This document shows, in pieces, positions 45,882 to 55,224 of a stretch of 64,000 nucleotides of DNA. The DNA is from an uncultured bacterium. Its GTDB lineage: Bacteria; Acidobacteriota; HRBIN11; JAKEFK01. Made by a program: the position numbers and the translations under genes. The DNA lies in assembly GCA_963777505.1 (NCBI GenBank), contig CAVZQN010000004.1, forward strand, positions 160,001 to 224,000. The letters are read 5' to 3'. The stretch's first letter is position 1. Each line of letters starts with the position of its first letter. The notes under the pieces are model-generated. The model saw nothing but the letters and a program-made list of their open reading frames with translations. It searched no databases and was not told the origin of the DNA.

Positions 45882-48281
45882 TTAAAATTCGATTCTGAGT
45901 TCGCCTGTTATATTGCGTTTTAGCACATCACCGAAGATGTGCTGCTGAATTTCTTCATTGAACATATTTGTGACTTTGATGACTGTTGTTAAATGCTCGT
46001 TCAACCATTTCACGCCAAATGATCCATTGACCATTGTATAAGAGTCTGTTTCGCCCCAGAATCTTGCATCCAGAACATCGGTCCAGAATGCTTCACCTGA
46101 ATAACTGACAGATGCGCTTCCAAGAAAGCGTCGATCATTGTAACTGAATCCGGCATTAAAACGATTGTTTGCTGGAAACCCGAGTTCGCCAGGAGGAAAT
46201 GTTCCATCTGGATCATCTAGAATTTCGGGGTCTTTTTGATACGAATAGTTCGCATACAAAGAAATTTGGTCATTGAAAACATAATCGACTGATGCTTCAA
46301 AACCTTGATTTCGCAGCGGTCCAAGATTCAGATAAGTAAACGTTGATGGAAACACGATCCCCATTTGCGCAAGCACCGCAAGGAATGCTGGAGGTAATGG
46401 CCAGCCTGGTGGCGGATTTGCGGGAGTGTAAATTCCGACAGGCGTAAAATTGATACTTTTATCAGTATCATTAATGTAGTAGCTAAGACTGACTATTGTT
46501 CTGCCGCCAAAATCTCCCGTATAGCCGATCTCGTACGCATCAAGCTGTTCTTCGCTCAGATCTTCATTTCCTATGGCTCTGGTAACGATCGGGAATTGAG
46601 CAGGCCCTCCTAGTGGACGAAGATCAACAGCAGCACTAATAATCGTAACATCGAGAAAGTTGTTAACAAGTGACGGCGCTCTAAATGCACGGTTGTATGA
46701 GCCGCGCAAAGTATGCTCGGGCGTGGGTTTCCACATGGCAGTAACACGCGGTGAAAATACAACGCCCTCAATTACGTCAAAGTAATCCACGCGTCCGCCA
46801 ACTACAAAACGGAAATGTTCTGTGAATATTTCGTCCTGGACATAGAAGCCGGTTTCAGTACGATCGTCGCCTCGCGGGGCTAATGAGAGATCGAAAGAAT
46901 TGTATCTGAAGTTGCCGCCCATACTCAGAACATTGTGATCTCCCAACAAAAAGGTGTTTGCGCCTTCAAAATCATATGTAGTGGTATCGAATAAAAACTG
47001 AATTGGTTGTCCATCGATTCCACGAGTCAGTAAATTGGTGGCATCACCATCCAAAATGTTTGTAAAAAAGTTCAACCTGAAATTGCCATTGCTGTAATTT
47101 ACTTTTCCATAACCGAGTTTGGATCCGCTATCGATATCGAATGGACCAATTCCTGTATGGATAATTCCTTCGGTTCCAGCAATTCCGGCTGCATAGATCA
47201 GTTTTGAATCCGCGCTGAGCTCTTGATCAAAACGGATATCAAACTTTGGTTGGCTTGTGCCATTATTTTCAAAACCTACTGCAGAATATGGAACTCCGCC
47301 GGTAGGAACGTTTGTATTAGGAACAGTGCTGCGGGCAATGAGTCCAGCAGGACGCGCAAAAGGATCTGAATCAAAATATCCAGCCGATAATTTATAAGAC
47401 CATGTGTCGTTCAATGCTTGAGCATGAGTAACACTGGCGCCATAGGAAGCTCCATGATCGAGATCTTCACCGCCGTCAACATCGCGGTCAAAAATCCCTG
47501 CACTTAAAGTTAATGTTGTTCCAGCGATTTCGCGCGGGCTCTTAGTAATAATGTTGACCACACCCGTTTGAGCATTTGCACCCCAGACAGCAGATGCCGG
47601 ACCGCGTATCACTTCAATCTGTTTGATTTCGTTGAAATTGACTGGCAAAAAATCCCAAAGAACAAAGCCAAAAAAATCTTGATATATCGTTCTGCCATCC
47701 AACAACGCCAATTGGGATGTTGCCAGTGTTGAGGTTGCCTGACGGCTTGTCACGTTAATGTCGCGTGCCGAAGTTTGAATGACGTTTACACCAGGCACAG
47801 TGCGCATTAAATCGCCATAATTTTCAGCAGGAGAAGTCTCAATTTGAACGCTGCTGAGCACGCTCATTGTTGCAGGAGCATTAACCAAAGGCGTTTCAAT
47901 TCTGGATGCCGAAACAACCATTGTTTCTTCTAAACCGCCAGGTGCGAGTGTAAAGGACATCTGAGATGGACCTTCTGAAACTTGAACTCCGGTTTGATCG
48001 ACTGTACCAAATCCTGCTAACTCTACTCTAATGTTATAGAGTCCAGGCGCTAATCCGGGAATTTCAAATTTTCCGTTCGCATCAGTTGTTGCTGATTTAA
48101 TTCCATGGTCACCTGAAATCATGACGAGAACCCCAGGGAGGGGCACGCCATCTTCATCTTTAACTTCGCCGCTTACGGTTCCAGTTGATTCTTGACCGAT
48201 TGCAATCGAATTGAAGGCGAGCAAAACTGCAAACATCAAAAACAAAAGATGCACACCAAGTGAGCGTTTGGGTTGTTTCAT
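45882..48281 (-). CDS. TonB-dependent receptor with N-terminal carboxypeptidase-regulatory-like domain
   Basis: Signal peptide, GTVSGEVKD...LPG, ETMVVSASR TonB box, QIEVIRGPASAVWG plug, NMFNEE, C-terminal Phe. Confidence 0.93.
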   Translation of the reverse strand: MKQPKRSLGVHLLFLMFAVLLAFNSIAIGQESTGTVSGEVKDEDGVPLPGVLVMISGDHGIKSATTDANGKFEIPGLAPGLYNIRVELAGFGTVDQTGVQVSEGPSQMSFTLAPGGLEETMVVSASRIETPLVNAPATMSVLSSVQIETSPAENYGDLMRTVPGVNVIQTSARDINVTSRQATSTLATSQLALLDGRTIYQDFFGFVLWDFLPVNFNEIKQIEVIRGPASAVWGANAQTGVVNIITKSPREIAGTTLTLSAGIFDRDVDGGEDLDHGASYGASVTHAQALNDTWSYKLSAGYFDSDPFARPAGLIARSTVPNTNVPTGGVPYSAVGFENNGTSQPKFDIRFDQELSADSKLIYAAGIAGTEGIIHTGIGPFDIDSGSKLGYGKVNYSNGNFRLNFFTNILDGDATNLLTRGIDGQPIQFLFDTTTYDFEGANTFLLGDHNVLSMGGNFRYNSFDLSLAPRGDDRTETGFYVQDEIFTEHFRFVVGGRVDYFDVIEGVVFSPRVTAMWKPTPEHTLRGSYNRAFRAPSLVNNFLDVTIISAAVDLRPLGGPAQFPIVTRAIGNEDLSEEQLDAYEIGYTGDFGGRTIVSLSYYINDTDKSINFTPVGIYTPANPPPGWPLPPAFLAVLAQMGIVFPSTFTYLNLGPLRNQGFEASVDYVFNDQISLYANYSYQKDPEILDDPDGTFPPGELGFPANNRFNAGFSYNDRRFLGSASVSYSGEAFWTDVLDARFWGETDSYTMVNGSFGVKWLNEHLTTVIKVTNMFNEEIQQHIFGDVLKRNITGELRIEF

Positions 48282-48380
48282 ACAGGCCCTCCCTGATTAG
48301 GCTCGATGAACTTAATAGGTTAGAAGATGGGAAAAGTCACAACGACCTTTCCCTCGGTCGTCATTATCTTAGCACTTGTA

Positions 48381-48947
48381 TTAGTGGTGAGCCAATAGAG
48401 GGTCTGTTTTCTTATAACGAGCTGCAAATAAGGCGCGTAAAAATAAACCAAGACTTAAGGTTCGCAAAACCATTCCAAAGAGTCCACGCCTGCCGGCACC
48501 GTAAAATGCGAGTGCACTACCAAGTGCGCCGATCATTCGTGCTGAAGGTTTGAATCCTGATTGTCCATCCATTACAACTTCGCCAGCGCGCTTGCCTCCC
48601 TCAAGTGCATAGTCAGCAGCCGATTTTCCAGCATGCTTCGCATACTCTTGAGCATTTTTGCCCATAACTTTGGACCATGCTCCTGCTCGCTCACGAGCTC
48701 CAAGTAAATAATCCTGCGCATGTCTTCCAAGATATTGAGCACGATTACCAAGTTGACGTTTTAGTTCAGGAGCGCGATCACGAAACTCATGGGAATATTC
48801 ATCCCATAATTCTTCAGCAGTCTCTAAACCGCTCTCTAATTTCTTTTTTAACTTCGCTCTACGTTTTTTACCTTCTTTTTCATCCATCAAATACACAGCG
48901 GCTGCCCCCGCCCCAATTGCCCCTAAAAGAAAAAGAGCTTTGCCCAT
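48381..48947 (-). CDS. YtxH-like membrane-anchored hypothetical protein
   Basis: LLGAIGAGAAAVYLMDEKEGKKRRAKL N-terminus, helical middle, C-terminal hydrophobic hairpin. SD GAGGTG. Confidence 0.7.
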   Translation of the reverse strand: MGKALFLLGAIGAGAAAVYLMDEKEGKKRRAKLKKKLESGLETAEELWDEYSHEFRDRAPELKRQLGNRAQYLGRHAQDYLLGARERAGAWSKVMGKNAQEYAKHAGKSAADYALEGGKRAGEVVMDGQSGFKPSARMIGALGSALAFYGAGRRGLFGMVLRTLSLGLFLRALFAARYKKTDPLLAHH

Positions 48948-49086
48948 TACAGCACCTCTCTACGATTTATGTTCTAAATTTAGGCCAAAATGCAGCTCTT
49001 AAACCACATTGAATGACGGTCTGCGGCCCGTCTTAGCTAATCTGCCGGCGCCGCTACAAACCAAATGAACGATTAGTCGTACTCTC

Positions 49087-50803
49087 ATGAAAATACCGTT
49101 CTTTACACAGCGTCAAAACAGATCCGCAGTAGCTGTTCCTTCAAAGGGTTCTTCTGGATTAGAACCATCCGATATTATCCTTCAGTATCATGAGCAGACA
49201 AAACATCATTATTACAGGTTTGCAAGGTCTCTCGGCTTTATGGATTGGGAGAATCAGCCAAACCCTTTCAGACGGTTTCAGGGTGCAGCGTTACTGCAGT
49301 TGCCGCTCTTAACAATTTCAGAGATTCCATCATTCGATACTCTTTTTCAAGACGGAGTTGTACATCCGGAAGAGCTTTGTTTTAAGAATCTGTCACGATT
49401 TTTCCGGAACGCTCTTGCAATATCCGCCTGGAAAAGAGCAGAGGATGCGAGGTGGGCTTTGCGAGTCAATCCTTCGAGCGGAAATCTTCACCCGACCGAA
49501 GGATATTTGATTCTTCGTGACACACTTCCCGAAATTCAGGCAGGTATTTATCATTACGCACCTCAAGAGCATGGACTTGAACAGCGCGCAAAACTCACAT
49601 CAGAAATCATCAAAGCTCAATCGCAATGAATTTCCCGAAAATACATTTTTTGTTGGTCTGACAACGATTCATTGGAGGGAAGCCTGGAAGTATGGAGAAC
49701 GTGCATATCGATATTGCCAGCATGATGCCGGACACGCGATCGCGGCTTTACGTATTTCTGCAGCAATTCTTGGATGGCGGTTGGTTCTGCTTGATGAGCT
49801 TTCAGATGATGATACAGCCAGAATACTCGGATTGAATCGCCCGCAGGATTTCGAACAAGCAGAAGATGAGGATCCTGTTTGTATCGCTGCGGTTTTCCCA
49901 ACAGAAAATTTGCACGCAAAAGCTTTAATCAATGAGGAAATGATCGAAACAATTGAACGTTCAGAGTGGACCGGTAAAGCCAACCTTTTGAGCGAAAGTC
50001 ATGTTGAATGGCAAATCATTGATCGAGCAGCAGCAGCAGCATTTAAACTCAAAACAGGGATCAAAAATAAGAGTGTTTCAACCGTGCAGCGAATTACAAC
50101 TCATCAGCAATATGAAAATCTTCCTGCTGAGCAAATCATTCAGCAGCGAAGGAGTTGTCTTTCGTTGGATGGAGTTACATCAATTTCCCGTTCAGCGTTT
50201 TATTCGATTCTTTCCAGCGTTTCTCCTTCATTAAACAAGATGCCATTTGATGCTTTGCAACGTTCGGAATTAAGTAATCCGAAAATTCATTTAGCATTAT
50301 TCGTTCACCGCGTTGATCACCTTGAGCCCGGTCTTTATTTTTTGATTCGTAACCCGCAAGTAGAATCAGACTTGAAAACACGAATGAATCAAAATTTTAA
50401 GTGGGAACGTCCTGAGGGTTGTCCGGATGGATTGAATCTATTCTTGTTGCAGGCTGGGGATTTTCGCGGTATTGCAACAGGCGTTGCATGCGGACAGGAT
50501 ATTGGCGGCGATGGAGTTTTCTCCCTTGGCATGATCGCAGAAATGGAGGAGCCTGTTCGTAACCTCGGAGCATGGATGTACAGACGATTATTTTGGGAAT
50601 CGGGCATGATTGGGCAGATTCTATATTTAGAAGCAGAAGCTGCTGGAATCCGTGGTACAGGCATCGGATGTTATTTTGATGATCCAATGCATGAATTGCT
50701 CGGATTGAAGGATCGCCACTATCAGGATCTGTATCATTTTACGATGGGTGGGAATGTCGAAGATTCACGTTTAACGACTGAGCCGGCTTATAAAAATACT
50801 TGA
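49087..50803 (+). pseudogene. SagB/ThcOx-like tandem nitroreductase-domain protein; one +1 frameshift near 49615
   Basis: YHEQTKH, DWENQPNPFR, LRVNPSSGNLHPTE, then in the next frame WREAWKYGERAYRYCQHDAGH, IQQRRS, GTGIGCYFDD. Confidence 0.85.
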
Positions 50804-50844
50804 AGATTAAGCAAGTTTTTTCTACCGCAGAGACGCAGAGGATA

Positions 50845-50853
50845 TGCTATAAT
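50845..50853 (+). promoter_or_regulatory. Extended -10 promoter of tRNA-Asn
   Basis: TGCTATAAT 26 nt upstream of the tRNA. Confidence 0.65.
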
Positions 50854-50879
50854 CCGTGATTTCCCAAATGTTTTTTAAT

Positions 50880-50951
50880 TCCTGAGTAGCTCAATGGCAG
50901 AGCATCCGGCTGTTAACCGGAGGGTTGTAGGTTCGAGTCCTACCTCAGGAG
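50880..50951 (+). tRNA. tRNA-Asn (GTT), CCA not encoded
   Basis: Acceptor TCCTGAG/CTCAGGA, D arm GCTC/GAGC, anticodon arm TCCGG-CTGTTAA-CCGGA, T arm GTAGG-TTCGAGT-CCTAC, discriminator G. Confidence 0.97.
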
Positions 50952-50959
50952 CTTTCAAC

Positions 50960-51000
50960 AAAAAAATGGCGCGCTCATGATGGCGCGCCTTTTACTTTTT
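50960..51000. terminator. Bidirectional intrinsic terminator
   Basis: A-tract, GGCGCGC-N8-GCGCGCC, T-tract between the convergent tRNA and VPS10 gene. Confidence 0.75.
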
Positions 51001-51005
51001 GCGCT

Positions 51006-54000
51006 TTATTTTTGCTCTTTCAGCCACTCTTCTTTGGTTGAAAGTTTCAGCGGATCCAGCCTTTTGTTTTGCAATTTTTCATTGATGCTTTCGAGCTCTT
51101 TTCCAGTCATTGTTTGGAATGTCGCATCTGCCTTCTGAAGATCTTTTGAAAGCTTTTCGGCATTTTCTAATTGAGAAGCAGTCGGCTTACCACCGTAATT
51201 ACTAACAAACTGATATAACTCAACGACTTTTTCTCGCAACTGTTCTTCGCCTGTGATAAACCCTTCTTTTGTTGCTATCAAGGTCTTGTGAAATTTATCT
51301 AATTTGTCAGCATACGCATTTAAGGATTTAGCAATCTCATCGCCTTTGGGTAATTTTCCGGCGCGGTCTCTTGCTTGATCTCTGAGACTCGTTATGGAAT
51401 CAGCAATGTATGCGAGCTCTTCCTGCATGCGGTATAACTTCATGGTGGTATCGTATTGCTGCTTGCGATCTTCTTCGGAATGTGGAAGAGTCGAGTCCTG
51501 CACAATTTTCACTTCTGAAGAAAATGTTTCATCGCCTTTGATCATTTTTACAGTGTAAGTGCCTTGAGGTAAGGTCGGACCGAACAAGGCACCGCCAGCA
51601 AGTTGAGGCGATGGAGCAGTCTTTGGTGGCTTTAATCGCGTGAACCAGGTGACGCGGTTGATTCCTTTCCGTTTACCGCCTGGCAGAGTACTGATTAATT
51701 TTCCTTCTGCATCGTGAACTTCAATTTTGAGATCGCCGAAGACATGACGATCTTTTAAGTAATATGTGATGATCGCTGCATCGGGTGTATTTGAACCAAC
51801 GAATTCATCATCTCCGGGAAAATCCTGTGCGAAGCGCAGAAAACGTGCTTGCGCCGGACGCGTTTCCAGAAATGCAACTTTGGATTCAAGCACTTGCTGG
51901 TTTAGTTTTCGCATTGGAGTGATGTCATCAATAATGTAGATTCCGCGCCCATGTGTGCCGATTACAACATCGGATTCTCGCGGATGAATCATAAGATCGC
52001 GAACCGAAACATTCGGTAGACCGCCGGTGAATTGAGCCCATTGTTGTCCGCCATCCACTGTTAAGAACAAACCGAACTCCGTACCAGCGAAAAGTAAATC
52101 AGGATTTACAAGGTCCTGGCGAATTATGTGCGCATAACCTTTGATACTATCTGTCGCAATCGAATTCCATGTTTTTCCGAAGTCTGCAGTTTTGTAAACG
52201 TAAGCCTTCATGTCGCCAGTTTGGTGACCATCAAATGTAGCGAATGCAGTAGCAGGATCATGGCTGCTACTTTCAATTGAGCTTACCCATGTGTTCTTCG
52301 GAAGGTTCGGAATATTTGCAGTCACATTGACCCATGCTTTTCCGCCATTTTGAGTTACCTGCACATTTCCATCATCAGTTCCAGCCCAGATTATATTTTC
52401 ATCGAGTGGTGAAGCGCTGATTGTGAAAATCGTGCAATGATTTTCAGCCGTAGAATTGTCGATCGTTAATCCGCCTGAATCTTCCTGTTTTTGTTTCTGC
52501 GGATCGTTCGTAGTGAGATCCGGAGAAATTCGCTCCCATGATTCTCCCATTGTTGTCGAACGATATAAGAATTGTGATCCAACGTATATTGCTTTCGGAT
52601 TTTTTGGACTCAATTCAATTGGTGTGTTCCAGTTAAAACGCAGATCCGGCTCGCCCTCTTTTGCATAGGGTTTTATCGATTTCACTTCATTAGTCGATTT
52701 GTGATGTCTTAAAATTTGGCCGCCCTGAAATTCTGCATACACGACATCATCATTGGATGCATCGGGCCATACATGAAAGCCATCACCAAAACCAACATTT
52801 TTCCAATCTTTGTTTTCAACTCCATTGATGCTTTGTGAGGGTCCCATCCACGAACCATTGTCTTGCAATCCACCATAAACGTTGTACGGATTTTTCATGT
52901 CAGCAGTGACGTGATAAAACTGCGACACTGGAAGGCTGCGGACAATTCTCCATGTATTTCCTTTATCATAAGAAACATAAACGCCGCCATCAGTTCCTAG
53001 CAGTAAATGAAAAGGATTGTTGGGATTGATCCAGAGGGCATGATGATCCGAATGAGTTGTTTGTCCAAGGCTTGAAAATGAAACACCACCATCGCTGCTT
53101 GAGGAAAGAAAGAATCCGGGTTTATAGACTTTGTTGTGATCGACTGGATCTACAGCAAGGTGACTAAAGTAAAAGGGACGGGCCTGAATGTTGAATGATG
53201 TATGGACACGGTTCCATGTTTCACCCATATCATCGGAGCGGTATAAGGCAGTCTTTTTAGCTTCGACATTTGCATAGAGAACACTTCCTTTAGAAGGAGC
53301 AACAGCGATTGCAATCCTGCCCAATTCACCGTCGGGAAGACCTTTGGCAAGTTTACGCCAGTTTTTTCCACCATCAGTTGATTTATAAAGTCCGCTGCCG
53401 GGTCCGCCTGAAGTGAAGAAATAAGGTTTGCGCCGGAATTGCCACATGGAAGCGTACAAAATGTTTGGATCTTGTGAATCGATCGACAGATCGGCACACC
53501 CGGAATCAGCATTTACAAACAAAACCTTTTCCCAGGTTTTTCCGCTATCTGAAGTTTTATAAACGCCACGATCTTCGCTTGAATTCCATAAATTTCCTGT
53601 AGCAGCAACATAAATGATGTTGGAATTCTTAGGATCGATTACAACTTTCGCGATGCGTTCGGACTTTTCTAATCCCATCAATTGCCAGGATTCGCCTGCG
53701 TCTGTGCTTTTGTAAATTCCAGTTCCAACTGAAACACTATTCCGAGTGTCAGCTTCCCCAGTTCCAACCCACACAGTATCTGGTTTGGATTGATCAATCG
53801 CGACAGCTCCGATCGATTGTGTATATTTATCAAATATGGGTTTAAAGGTGAGGCCGCCGTTGATCGTTTTCCAAAGTCCTCCGCTGGCAGTTCCCACATA
53901 AAAAATGCGTGGCTCTTTGTTAATTGCATCGATTGACATGATCCGTCCGCTCATCGTTGCTGGACCAATCGATCGTGCCTCCATGGCGCCAAATGTATAG

Positions 54001-54083
54001 GAATCGATTTTTACTGTTGCTTCGATTCCGGTTCCGATCACCAGAAACAAGATTGCACACATCAAGATTATGAACTTCATCAT
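51006..54083 (-). CDS. VPS10/BNR-repeat (sortilin-like) glycosyl-hydrolase-like protein, exported
   Basis: RSIGPATMSGRI, repeated S.D.G.TW Asp boxes, GGLQDNG, RFNWNTP, THGRGIYIIDD. Confidence 0.88.
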   Translation of the reverse strand: MMKFIILMCAILFLVIGTGIEATVKIDSYTFGAMEARSIGPATMSGRIMSIDAINKEPRIFYVGTASGGLWKTINGGLTFKPIFDKYTQSIGAVAIDQSKPDTVWVGTGEADTRNSVSVGTGIYKSTDAGESWQLMGLEKSERIAKVVIDPKNSNIIYVAATGNLWNSSEDRGVYKTSDSGKTWEKVLFVNADSGCADLSIDSQDPNILYASMWQFRRKPYFFTSGGPGSGLYKSTDGGKNWRKLAKGLPDGELGRIAIAVAPSKGSVLYANVEAKKTALYRSDDMGETWNRVHTSFNIQARPFYFSHLAVDPVDHNKVYKPGFFLSSSSDGGVSFSSLGQTTHSDHHALWINPNNPFHLLLGTDGGVYVSYDKGNTWRIVRSLPVSQFYHVTADMKNPYNVYGGLQDNGSWMGPSQSINGVENKDWKNVGFGDGFHVWPDASNDDVVYAEFQGGQILRHHKSTNEVKSIKPYAKEGEPDLRFNWNTPIELSPKNPKAIYVGSQFLYRSTTMGESWERISPDLTTNDPQKQKQEDSGGLTIDNSTAENHCTIFTISASPLDENIIWAGTDDGNVQVTQNGGKAWVNVTANIPNLPKNTWVSSIESSSHDPATAFATFDGHQTGDMKAYVYKTADFGKTWNSIATDSIKGYAHIIRQDLVNPDLLFAGTEFGLFLTVDGGQQWAQFTGGLPNVSVRDLMIHPRESDVVIGTHGRGIYIIDDITPMRKLNQQVLESKVAFLETRPAQARFLRFAQDFPGDDEFVGSNTPDAAIITYYLKDRHVFGDLKIEVHDAEGKLISTLPGGKRKGINRVTWFTRLKPPKTAPSPQLAGGALFGPTLPQGTYTVKMIKGDETFSSEVKIVQDSTLPHSEEDRKQQYDTTMKLYRMQEELAYIADSITSLRDQARDRAGKLPKGDEIAKSLNAYADKLDKFHKTLIATKEGFITGEEQLREKVVELYQFVSNYGGKPTASQLENAEKLSKDLQKADATFQTMTGKELESINEKLQNKRLDPLKLSTKEEWLKEQK

Positions 54084-54110
54084 TGAGCCTCCCTGAAGTA
54101 TTTTTATGAC

Positions 54111-54869
54111 TCAGTTGGATGGAGCTGATTGTGTACTTTCGGCTGGCATTTTAAAGAGGGTATCGTCTGCTGGAACTTCAAGTTCAACTTTTTCCCATGT
54201 AATCTGGTTCGCAATTTTATCGCCAATGCGAGCTTCAATTGAATAGGGCACCATTAAACCAGCAACTTCTTTGTAGTCACCTAAGAAGGTATCAACTGTC
54301 AATTCGGTGCCTTCTCTTTTTGTAGTTCTTGTGACTTTTAGATCGAGATAATTTTCAGCATCAATGAAGAAATGTCGTACTTCGCCATTTTTAAGAGTGA
54401 CTTTTAGTCTATAGGCGGGCGTTCCTTCAAGATCTTCTTTGCCAACCAGTTCTACTGTATTTCCTTTTTCTTTGTAGTCTACAAGTGGTCCGTCAAAATC
54501 AGCCTGTTCGATTATCTCTTTGGCATCGTCTTCAGGCATTTTTTGCGGGTCTTTGACTCCCATAAAAGGCATGACCATCCAAGGAGTCTGGCCATCGTAT
54601 GCCTGGATTCCTGTCATTCCTTGTATTGTAAATTCAATCCTGATCTGATTCGGCCTTTTTGAATAAACAACGATTGGACCTTCGAGTCCTTGCTGCATTG
54701 GCAACGTCATTTTGCCGGAAAATTTCATTACTTTTAAAGCCTTTAGTTTTTCAGATCCACCGCGCGCTTCAATGTTTTTGTTTACAATCTCGTCCACGTT
54801 TTGTGCAAAAATCTGAAAATTAAAGATTAAAAGGCAAAGGAAGGTTAAAAGAGAGAGCTTTTTTAGCAC
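54111..54869 (-). CDS. LolA-like outer-membrane lipoprotein-sorting family protein
   Basis: Signal peptide. VDEIVNKNIEARGG, QAYDG, DYKEVAGLMVPY. GTG start with GGAGG. Confidence 0.75.
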   Translation of the reverse strand: MLKKLSLLTFLCLLIFNFQIFAQNVDEIVNKNIEARGGSEKLKALKVMKFSGKMTLPMQQGLEGPIVVYSKRPNQIRIEFTIQGMTGIQAYDGQTPWMVMPFMGVKDPQKMPEDDAKEIIEQADFDGPLVDYKEKGNTVELVGKEDLEGTPAYRLKVTLKNGEVRHFFIDAENYLDLKVTRTTKREGTELTVDTFLGDYKEVAGLMVPYSIEARIGDKIANQITWEKVELEVPADDTLFKMPAESTQSAPSN

Positions 54870-54924
54870 AATTAGTTCCTCCGGAATTTTGATTATTGAA
54901 GTGAATTTAGTACCAGACCTACCT

Positions 54925-54950
54925 TACGCGGCCTTGCCCGAAAAGTTTCA
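54925..54950 (-). promoter_or_regulatory. Candidate ECF-sigma promoter (exact SigW-type consensus)
   Basis: Minus strand TGAAAC-N16-CGTA, 55 nt upstream of the LolA-like/VPS10 operon. Confidence 0.55.
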
Positions 54951-55224
54951 CCCTATTTTATCACGACAATACCTGAGCGCCTGGAACCGAATTGGGACGC
55001 TCCGAAAGGCCCGATTCAGGCTGTTTCAGTTGTAGGAATCTATCCTTTTTCACGACGAGACTATTAGAATATCACTCAAACCGATTATAATCATAGGTTG
55101 GCGAATCTATGTAGCATACTTGTTCAAGGTAAGTAGTTGAGATAAAGTATGGTTCTGCATGTGGTTGGGGGTATAAGTTTAGGGGGATTTCTCTGTCATT
55201 GAAACTATTAGGAAAAGGTTGCGC

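Noticed and set aside
31620-49630. Programmed ribosomal frameshifting
   Set aside because: No shared slippery motif, and the four affected families are unrelated and normally single ORFs.
49087-50803. SagB-like gene as an azole RiPP cluster
   Set aside because: No YcaO, E1-like partner or Cys/Ser/Thr-rich precursor nearby. It fits the stand-alone tandem nitroreductase type.
50880-51000. tRNA-Asn as the attachment site of an integrated island
   Set aside because: No integrase is present and no duplicated tRNA 3' end was noticed. A terminator and an ordinary gene follow.
54973-55029. c-di-GMP-I riboswitch upstream of the GGDEF-EAL gene
   Set aside because: Only TGGGACGC matches. The GCAAAC...GAAA P2 stem and the GCAAAG junction are absent.
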